In this document: positions 16,825 to 23,579 of the stretch, piece by piece
How the letters are laid out: the number at the start of each line of letters is the position of its first letter
How positions within the stretch are numbered: the stretch's first letter is position 1
IMG/VR virus record: IMGVR_UViG_3300006120_000697
Coordinates: 1 to 24,782 of that record
DNA length: 24,782 bases
Reading direction: 5' to 3' (one strand)
Origin: a virus
Lineage: Duplodnaviria > Caudoviricetes
Position numbers and translations under genes: made by a program
The notes under the pieces: generated by a model
Databases searched by the model: none
The model's input: only the letters and a program-made list of their open reading frames with translations
Told to the model about the DNA's origin: nothing

Positions 16825-16974
16825 ATGTTTAAAAAAATCATTAACTGGTTTGGTAAAACCAGACTACAAAGCGACTTAGAACGCTTTATTATTAGTAAAA
16901 GACCAACAAATTCCGCAGAAGTAGAATTTTGGATAAAACAATACAGCATTAAAAAATACGGAAGTCTACTATGA
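16825..16974 (+). CDS. 49-aa microprotein (weak resemblance to DUF3563)
   Basis: MFKKIINWFGKTRLQSDLERFIISKRPTNSAEVEFWIKQYSIKKYGSLL*, SD AGGA. Confidence 0.75.
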   Translation: MFKKIINWFGKTRLQSDLERFIISKRPTNSAEVEFWIKQYSIKKYGSLL

Positions 16975-17066
16975 ATGACGAATTATTTGCCGAATTGATT
17001 AAATTATTGTCATACATAATGTTGGTGTTAGCATTTGGTCTAACATTAACTATTTTTTTAAAATAA
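16971..17066 (+). CDS. 31-aa single-TM microprotein
   Basis: MNDELFAELIKLLSYIMLVLAFGLTLTIFLK*, ATGA overlap. Confidence 0.65.
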   Translation: MNDELFAELIKLLSYIMLVLAFGLTLTIFLK

Positions 17067-17077
17067 GGACACACACT

Positions 17078-17182
17078 ATGAAAACCATTAAACAATTTTT
17101 AAAAACTATGGTAGAAGCTATTGTAGAAGCAAGAAAAGCTCGTGCTGATCAATTAGTGAATAGTTTAAATAATGGAAAATAA
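17078..17182 (+). CDS. 34-aa amphipathic microprotein
   Basis: MKTIKQFLKTMVEAIVEARKARADQLVNSLNNGK*, SD AAGGA. Confidence 0.75.
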   Translation: MKTIKQFLKTMVEAIVEARKARADQLVNSLNNGK

Positions 17183-17184
17183 TT

Positions 17185-17286
17185 ATGTCAGAAATCCTAA
17201 AAACTTAGGAAGAACGTGAATACGGTCCTAAATTAGCCATGATTGCTGTTGCAGTAATGATCATTTATTTGTCTATAGCACAATGA
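17185..17286 (+). pseudogene. TM microprotein ORF interrupted by an in-frame TAG at codon 8
   Basis: MSEILKT*EEREYGPKLAMIAVAVMIIYLSIAQ*; the final TGA overlaps the next ATG. Confidence 0.55.
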
Positions 17287-18140
17287 GATATATAATCAAA
17301 GGCATTACCCAAACGGGTGATGTTTTCCGTCCCAGTGACTGGGCAGATAGATTGTGCTCAGTATTGTCATTATTTGTTCCTAATAATAAACCTAGACCAG
17401 TTAACGGTACAAATGTAGTCATTTTTTCTACATTGGTTATGCCTACATTAATTGACGGTGTTAGATCTGTTATAGTAGATAAAAAATTAAATAATCTAGA
17501 ACCGCTAGCATTAGATTTTGCTCTAAGTTTTGCCAGAGACAATAATTTAGTTGTAGAATATGAAGGAATAAATACTGGTATGATTACTACTAGATTTTTA
17601 TCCCATAAAGAATACCACTGGTATGCAGACTGGATCAAAGAGCAAGATGAAGATACTCTCAGGTTATTCTTTGGATTACCTGTAAGCGAATATTATATTG
17701 ATAATTTGGTCAGTGGATTTGTAAAGGATCCAGAAAAACACCATTTCTTGGTAGCAGAAAGAAACGGTATATGGTTAGGGACCGTACATATTGCTACGGT
17801 TAGTGACACCGACATAGAATTTGGAATTATTGTCAACTATGCCAACCGTAATCAGGGCATTGCTGATACTATGATGAAAGAAGCCATTCAATGGGCTACT
17901 CATCGTAGATATACTCGTTTATATATGCATTGTCTATCTTGGAATAAACCAATTAGACATTTATGCGAAAAATATGGACTAGAAGTTAAAAACTTCACAG
18001 ATGGTCGAGAAGTAGATAGTGTTTGTAAATTACCGCCTCTAATAGTTACATCCGGTGTTGGAAAAGATTTTTCAATGAAGAATCATAATTTGTATCGTTT
18101 AATACTTCAAAATGAACAAGAAATGTTCTCAGGAACATGA
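17283..18140 (+). CDS. DUF3579-like domain fused to a GNAT acetyltransferase
   Basis: N-term IKGITQTGDVFRPSDWADRL...FALSFARDNNL; C-term EFGIIV...RNQGIAD...NKPIRHLCEKYG. Internal Met at 17580. Confidence 0.85.
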   Translation: MRYIIKGITQTGDVFRPSDWADRLCSVLSLFVPNNKPRPVNGTNVVIFSTLVMPTLIDGVRSVIVDKKLNNLEPLALDFALSFARDNNLVVEYEGINTGMITTRFLSHKEYHWYADWIKEQDEDTLRLFFGLPVSEYYIDNLVSGFVKDPEKHHFLVAERNGIWLGTVHIATVSDTDIEFGIIVNYANRNQGIADTMMKEAIQWATHRRYTRLYMHCLSWNKPIRHLCEKYGLEVKNFTDGREVDSVCKLPPLIVTSGVGKDFSMKNHNLYRLILQNEQEMFSGT

Positions 18141-18206
18141 CTATAAAAATTACAAGAAATGATATAATGTTACTTCGTAAAATCTAATAAAGATATAGGA
18201 AATAGT

Positions 18207-18647
18207 ATGACTACAAAGTTTTCACACGTTAAAGGTTCAGAGTTAGAGTTTAAGGGCGGCGGTCTACGCGACTTTTTTCTCTACAAAGACCTAGGAGTAG
18301 CAGACGCTACCGACGGGCGTGTTCTAGCACACATTACCAAGGCTAACTTACCTCCAGAAAACTCGGGCGGTACAGGCTGGCACATTCACGTGGCTGAGTT
18401 CCAAATCGTTTATATGTTAAAGGGTTGGGCCAAGTTCATGTATGAAGACAAGATCCATTTGGTCGAAGCAGGCGATTGTGTACAGCAACGTCCAGGCATT
18501 GTACACTATTTGTACGACTACAGTCCAGACATGGAATATTTAGAAGTTATCATGCCGGCAGATTATGGCACAGAACCTGCCAACGGCCCCTGTGAAATAC
18601 CTGCACCAACACCGTGGCCTGATAATATAACTCTCGGATACAACTAA
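18207..18647 (+). CDS. Cupin domain protein
   Basis: GWHIH...FQIVYMLKGW...AGDCVQQRPGIVH; SD AGGA; TGnTATAAT at 18160-18168. Confidence 0.9.
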   Translation: MTTKFSHVKGSELEFKGGGLRDFFLYKDLGVADATDGRVLAHITKANLPPENSGGTGWHIHVAEFQIVYMLKGWAKFMYEDKIHLVEAGDCVQQRPGIVHYLYDYSPDMEYLEVIMPADYGTEPANGPCEIPAPTPWPDNITLGYN

Positions 18648-18648
18648 C

Positions 18649-19224
18649 ATGACTTTGGTATATATACACGGTGCCAGTGCGACCAGCGAAAGTTTTAATT
18701 ATATTAGAAGCAAACTAGGTATTGGTATAGACATCAATTACGACAGTCGTAATGGATTTGAAAATAACCTGGAAGAAATGAAGGAACAGTTAAAAGGCGT
18801 TAACGATATAGCGTTTGTAGCACATAGCCTAGGTGGTATATATTCATTACATATTGCCAACGCCATACCAGAACAAGTCAAAGGTGCGGTTACACTCAGC
18901 ACACCGTATGGTGGGGCAGAAGTGGCAGAAGTGGCCAAATTCTTTTTACCTTTCAGTCGTTTAATGCGTGACATTGGACCGAACTCGTGGGCCTTTAAGC
19001 AAGCAGATAAAATTAAAATTCAGCACCCCTGGACCAATATTGTTACAGTTAAAGGACAAAGTCCTTTTTTGCTAGAACACAATGACGGTGTTGTTACCAT
19101 TTCAAGTCAAAAGCATCACAAGGATATGGAACTGATAGAAGTTGATTATAATCACTACGAAGTTGTACTAGCCGAGCCAGTAGTTAAAATTATTCGAGAA
19201 CGAATAAAAAAGTTCAAGAAATAA
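18649..19224 (+). CDS. Minimal alpha/beta hydrolase (lipase/esterase-like)
   Basis: YIHG oxyanion motif, AHSLGG nucleophile elbow, LSTPYGG, NDGVV acid, NH base. Confidence 0.9.
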   Translation: MTLVYIHGASATSESFNYIRSKLGIGIDINYDSRNGFENNLEEMKEQLKGVNDIAFVAHSLGGIYSLHIANAIPEQVKGAVTLSTPYGGAEVAEVAKFFLPFSRLMRDIGPNSWAFKQADKIKIQHPWTNIVTVKGQSPFLLEHNDGVVTISSQKHHKDMELIEVDYNHYEVVLAEPVVKIIRERIKKFKK

Positions 19225-19236
19225 ATTTCATATCAC

Positions 19237-19292
19237 TTTACATATAGTGATTTTATCTATATAATAAATACTTAGACAGCAATAATGCTGTT
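19237..19292 (+). promoter_or_regulatory. Composite sigma70/late promoter with 5' hairpin
   Basis: TTTACA-17-TATAAT-AAATA, then ACAGCA-ATAA-TGCTGT. Confidence 0.75.
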
Positions 19293-19323
19293 AAACAGAA
19301 ACATACACACAAAGGAGAAAAAT

Positions 19324-19539
19324 ATGTTTACATTTGAATCAATCGTCGACACCGTTACAGGTGCTCAAACCAAGTTTATAGAAACTTACGTTACAGACAA
19401 GAAAGTAAAAGCAGAAGTTGTTAAATTAATTGACGCACAAGCTACTTTCACAAAAACCACTTATAACAATACATTAGAACTGGCTCAATCAGCAGTTAAG
19501 AATTTTAATGAGTTAGTTTATTCTAAGAAGGTAGCGTAA
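19324..19539 (+). CDS. 71-aa amphipathic helical protein, phasin-like (tentative)
   Basis: Start ATG 19324 with SD AAGGAG; A/T/K-rich helices with no Cys, Trp or Pro. Phasin resemblance is an inference. Confidence 0.55.
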   Translation: MFTFESIVDTVTGAQTKFIETYVTDKKVKAEVVKLIDAQATFTKTTYNNTLELAQSAVKNFNELVYSKKVA

Positions 19540-19541
19540 TC

Positions 19542-19811
19542 ATGTCAGATTTTACACCTAAACTACCAGAAGTTAAATTCAACAAAAACGGTTATGAAAT
19601 CCGTACAGACATTCTAGCAATGGCCAAGGATCTAGTAGCTGAAGACTTTCACGTTAAATTTCAAGGTTGGGAAATGACCGCTACTCGTGATGAGAAGACT
19701 GGTCAAATTGTCAACAAGGTTGAAATGCCAATCTATCCAGGACTTGATAAAGTTCTTGAAACAGCAGAAAAAATGTACGCATTTGTTAATGCTAGTGCTA
19801 CAAAAAAATAA
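19542..19811 (+). CDS. Phage hypothetical protein
   Basis: KNGYEIRTDILAMAK...YPGLDKVLETAEKMYAFV, a pattern I recall from small T4-like phage proteins. Confidence 0.75.
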   Translation: MSDFTPKLPEVKFNKNGYEIRTDILAMAKDLVAEDFHVKFQGWEMTATRDEKTGQIVNKVEMPIYPGLDKVLETAEKMYAFVNASATKK

Positions 19812-19838
19812 TAATATTAGGGTATAACCCGTAAATGC

Positions 19839-19867
19839 AGCCTTGGTAGAAATGCCAAGGCTTTTTT
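19839..19867 (+). terminator. Rho-independent terminator between convergent genes
   Basis: AGCCTTGGTA-GAAA-TGCCAAGGCT-TTTTT. Confidence 0.9.
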
Positions 19868-21263
19868 AATGACCGTGCTTTTTGCGTCCAGCTTTCATGT
19901 TGGCCAACCAGTGGGCCATCCGTGCCTTTTCACCTGTGCTATGTTTAGCTGTATTTCTTAAACTGCTAACACTTGCTTTGGTATTAACGCCACTGCGTTT
20001 GGCAAGGCCTTTGCGTCCAGGATTCTTACCATCAGCAAAGTTTTCGTCAAGGTCTTTTTCAATCCAAGTATCAGGTACAAGATTGTGTTTTTTGACAAAA
20101 TCCTTGTGTAATTTATCTCCGGTAAGATTATAATTATGACAGATCCTCTGCATCATAGCATCTATTTTATCATAATCAAATTTAACTCCACGAGATTTGG
20201 CCGATAGCAAAGTTTTTTCTAATGCTTCTACCGCTCCGGGTTTTTCTTGACCTTTGACAGTTTTTGGTTCCATTTTTTTAGATTCTGAAATCACGGGTTT
20301 GTTATTTAGATATCTGGGGTATAGTTTATTAAAGTGACGCATCACAACACCAGCCATGGCATGTGCTTGGTTTTCTTGCGGACTACCAGTTGTTCCACTT
20401 TCACCATCTAGTTCGTGTTCAGTGTCTTGCTTGTAGTGGCAAAGCTCGTGAGCAATAGTTCTTAGTATATCATTTGGATGTCTGTTCATTAATGCTACGT
20501 GCAATGTTTTTTCATCATTAACGTACATTCCAAATGTTGGTTGCTCGATATCGTCAATACGTGCCTGGAATTTCATCTTTGGCAAACTTTTTAGATTTAA
20601 ATAATGCATAGCCAATGGCAAAAACTTCCTAAACATCTCAACAAAATCTGTGCTTTGTTCAACTGTAATATTTTCAGCAATTGTGGTATTACCTTTTGGT
20701 CCAACATAATATGCACGGAAGTCTATGTCAGGAAATTCTGATTTGAGACTTTTGAATACTGTAAGATTACTGCGGCTATCATCATATAAACGAATATGAT
20801 CATACTTGTTTGTGTCGGCATATTTGCGTACATAGACAGCTTTCTTTTCGGCAGGTATTGCATCACCTGGTAAATTACCAGCACGGTGTACGTGTACTCT
20901 ACTCATATCAATACCTAAGTCTGTAAATGTTTTTAAGAATGTATCTCTATCATCAAAGTCAGCACGAGCAGTTAACATAATAACTTCACTGTTTGGACTA
21001 TGTGCTAATATGGTTTTTAATTTATTAATCATTGGTTTAATAGGTTGGCTTTCTCTATTAAACTTTTCAGCATCTCGGAATTCACCAAAATCAAATTCTT
21101 CACCTGGTTGTAATTCGTAATTGTTAAATTCTTGATTGGTTAATTCACGAACAGGACGTCCATCCTTCATTACACGTATTTTAGCAGTCGTATGAAGCAA
21201 TGTGTCATCTATATCAAAGATAACAAGATCTTTTTTTGGTTGGCTAAATTCTTTGGATCGCAT
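19866..21263 (-). CDS. Multidomain protein: HAD-family phosphatase, HExxH zincin-like domain, small helical domain, basic C-terminal module
   Basis: IFDIDDTL, MLTAR, EKK, LYDDS (HAD motifs I-IV); LRTIAHELCH...ENQA; ENFADGKNPGRKG tail. TAAATA 5 nt before the ATG. Confidence 0.85.
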   Translation of the reverse strand: MRSKEFSQPKKDLVIFDIDDTLLHTTAKIRVMKDGRPVRELTNQEFNNYELQPGEEFDFGEFRDAEKFNRESQPIKPMINKLKTILAHSPNSEVIMLTARADFDDRDTFLKTFTDLGIDMSRVHVHRAGNLPGDAIPAEKKAVYVRKYADTNKYDHIRLYDDSRSNLTVFKSLKSEFPDIDFRAYYVGPKGNTTIAENITVEQSTDFVEMFRKFLPLAMHYLNLKSLPKMKFQARIDDIEQPTFGMYVNDEKTLHVALMNRHPNDILRTIAHELCHYKQDTEHELDGESGTTGSPQENQAHAMAGVVMRHFNKLYPRYLNNKPVISESKKMEPKTVKGQEKPGAVEALEKTLLSAKSRGVKFDYDKIDAMMQRICHNYNLTGDKLHKDFVKKHNLVPDTWIEKDLDENFADGKNPGRKGLAKRSGVNTKASVSSLRNTAKHSTGEKARMAHWLANMKAGRKKHGH

Positions 21264-21275
21264 TAGTATATTTAG

Positions 21276-21356
21276 TGCTCACTTCAAACTACCTGGCGTA
21301 GTAGTTATGGCAGCAGCCGCCTACACACCCGTAATGATTAACGGTCCTAAGGGTGT
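21276..21356 (-). ncRNA. Candidate multi-stem structured RNA
   Basis: GC-rich intergenic: ACAC/GTGT with CCGT/ACGG; GGCGG/CTGCC; AACTACT/GGTAGTT; possible loop pairing TGCT/AGCA. Confidence 0.55.
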
Positions 21357-21366
21357 TAATACCAGT

Positions 21367-21651
21367 TTACGCCACTGGAGTGATTGTTACTAAACCGCCG
21401 CTGGCAGCCTGTAGTATTGATACAGTACTTGTACTGTCTAATTTAAAATGTTCAGCAGTATTTTGTGGCAACATTAAACTACCTGTAGCAGTTGCTGGTT
21501 TTCCAAAATCTACAAATACATTTTGTGTGCTTGCAATTCTTACTTTGATTACATTAAGATTGCCAGCCTGTACAGTATTAGATACTGTAACTGTTTGTGT
21601 TGTTGCACTTGCTGTTACGACCACTGTTGGTCCAAGAATTTTTGTTAACAT
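21367..21651 (-). CDS. Small beta-rich late protein, probably virion
   Basis: T/V/A-rich; SD AAGGAG; TAAATA 21695-21700. Confidence 0.7.
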   Translation of the reverse strand: MLTKILGPTVVVTASATTQTVTVSNTVQAGNLNVIKVRIASTQNVFVDFGKPATATGSLMLPQNTAEHFKLDSTSTVSILQAASGGLVTITPVA

Positions 21652-21700
21652 ATTATCTCCTTATGGCGGGCCTGTGTTGTCCCTGCACTAGTATTATTTA

Positions 21701-22372
21701 TTATCTCAAATCAAACACTATAATCTCTACCTCTTTGGGATTGGTTATAGTAATTTCTGATTCTTCTGTATAACTTAGCCCATCACCTTCTATTAAATTA
21801 ATTCCATTTACTGTTACAATACCTGATACAACATATAAGTAATATTGCCTGGTGTTGTTAATAGAAAATGTATAATTTTCAGTAAAAATTCCAGCCAATA
21901 ATCTAGCATCTTGTTTGATAGGCAGTTTTTCTGTGATGTCACAGAATTTGTTTAATTTATCTTCTCTAGTAAACTGATACCAATCGTGTGTAGGTTCTGT
22001 GTTTTCAACGTTAGGTCTAATCCAAAGTTGTAGATAACGGTTTGGTGTTGTTGTAGCATTACCTTCGGTGTGACTAATACCTTGTCCTGCACTCATACGC
22101 TGTACAGCACCTGCTGGAATATCTAATACCTTGCCAAAGCTATCAGTATGGCGACATAGACCTTCTACTACATAACCAAATATTTCCATATTCCTGTGCT
22201 CGTGCCAAGGAACGTGCCCGTTAGGTTGTACGCGATCATCGTTGATTGTCTTTAGATCGCTGAAGTTTTTGTGTTGAGGATCAAAGTAGCCAGGAAAACT
22301 AAAAGTTCTTTTAGAATTTATCCAACTTGTTCTAGGATTTCCTCTAGTACTAGCACAACGATGTAGGATCAC
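21701..22372 (-). CDS. Pirin family bicupin (YhhW-like)
   Basis: SKRTFSF..YFDP, INDD, HEHRNMEI, HTDSFG, VQRMSAGQGISHTE, LQLWI. Confidence 0.93.
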   Translation of the reverse strand: MILHRCASTRGNPRTSWINSKRTFSFPGYFDPQHKNFSDLKTINDDRVQPNGHVPWHEHRNMEIFGYVVEGLCRHTDSFGKVLDIPAGAVQRMSAGQGISHTEGNATTTPNRYLQLWIRPNVENTEPTHDWYQFTREDKLNKFCDITEKLPIKQDARLLAGIFTENYTFSINNTRQYYLYVVSGIVTVNGINLIEGDGLSYTEESEITITNPKEVEIIVFDLR

Positions 22373-22665
22373 ATTGTATCTAATACGGCAAAAAGACGTC
22401 TAACAAAATCATTAGGATTTGTACTTTTGTTGATAACGTCAACTATATGCGAATCAAAAAAACTTGCAAACTGTGCATCAGTGTATTTGCCGCTGTCCAA
22501 GATTTTTTTAGATTTTGTATAGTATGTATCCAGTGTTGCCTGTGGTAAATTTGCAATCAACGAAGATATTTTTTCCATAGGACTGTTATATCCTGGCAAC
22601 TTGGCAGCATTACTTAAAATGTTATGAATAACACAATTATCTTGTGTACTGTTAATAGTTCCCAT
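22369..22665 (-). CDS. Hypothetical protein
   Basis: 98 aa; overlaps both neighbours. Confidence 0.65.
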   Translation of the reverse strand: MGTINSTQDNCVIHNILSNAAKLPGYNSPMEKISSLIANLPQATLDTYYTKSKKILDSGKYTDAQFASFFDSHIVDVINKSTNPNDFVRRLFAVLDTM

Positions 22666-23387
22666 TATTTTTTATCCTTGTAAGAAGATTTCCAAGATTT
22701 TTCTGCTTGTTTCTGTGTAGCAAATAGTCCAGTAATAGTCATAGCAGTGATCCATAGGGCACTATTAACTACAGATAGTTTATCGTATTTTTTACCGCGT
22801 AACATATTTGTGGCATTGTCAAATGACCATTTAAAATATTCGGCTTTGATCGTACCTTTTTGTTTTAGTGCTGGCACAACTACCTTAGGTGCTATAATAT
22901 GATAACCTTTGTGTAATGCACGACCTATGAAAGTCTTATCTAGGCGTTTTGCACCCCACATGTTTATAGCGGCATATTCTCGCGTGCTCCACAATCCTTG
23001 GCTAGTTAATTCAGTAGCCACAACACAGCAACTATCATTGAATGTAATGACTCCTTGATTTGATGTTCCGGAGCCGTTTGAAACTGTATATGTAATAATT
23101 GTTTGATTTGGAGGATTAGGGTAACTGTTCTGAGAACTAGTAACTAAGATGTCAGTCCCCGATACTATTGCACCACCACTTCCAGTAACACTGATAATGT
23201 TTACACTGTTATATGTTCCTGTTATATAAGATGATAGTCCAACTGAAAATAATGTTTTATCACCTTGTACACTAAGAGTAAAGTCCGAAGCAACTGGAGC
23301 CATTCCACTGCCACCACCGCTGGCTCCAGCAGTAATTCCTGCTCCTATTGTAATACCTGATCCAAAATGTATGTTATATGCTACCAT
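22665..23387 (-). CDS. Late protein with a beta-rich (Ig-like?) domain and a CFI-box-CTERM-like C-terminal domain
   Basis: FGSGITIGAGIT leader, APVASD...ITYTVS, then CCVVATEL...TFIGRALHKGYHIIAP and a hydrophobic helix. Confidence 0.65.
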   Translation of the reverse strand: MVAYNIHFGSGITIGAGITAGASGGGSGMAPVASDFTLSVQGDKTLFSVGLSSYITGTYNSVNIISVTGSGGAIVSGTDILVTSSQNSYPNPPNQTIITYTVSNGSGTSNQGVITFNDSCCVVATELTSQGLWSTREYAAINMWGAKRLDKTFIGRALHKGYHIIAPKVVVPALKQKGTIKAEYFKWSFDNATNMLRGKKYDKLSVVNSALWITAMTITGLFATQKQAEKSWKSSYKDKK

Positions 23388-23427
23388 TTAATTGCTCCTT
23401 GTCTAATATTTATTCAATTTTTTTTGG

Positions 23428-23460
23428 AAAAAAAGAATGGGATACCTAAAGTACCCCATC
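23428..23460 (-). terminator. Rho-independent terminator
   Basis: ATGGGGTAC-TTTAG-GTATCCCAT followed by TCTTTTTTT. Confidence 0.8.
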
Positions 23461-23489
23461 CAAATTTAGCCAATCCGTAGTAAAAATCT

Positions 23490-23579
23490 CTATACAGGAC
23501 TATAAGGATTTTTGAAGCGGTCATACCCGTCATCTTCAGGATAGACTGGGTAATCATTGGGATTAGTCGTCACTGGCAT
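23490..23579 (-). CDS. 29-aa acidic Pro/Tyr-rich microprotein
   Basis: MPVTTNPNDYPVYPEDDGYDRFKNPYSPV*; GGAG just upstream; overlaps the endonuclease 3' end. Confidence 0.5.
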   Translation of the reverse strand: MPVTTNPNDYPVYPEDDGYDRFKNPYSPV

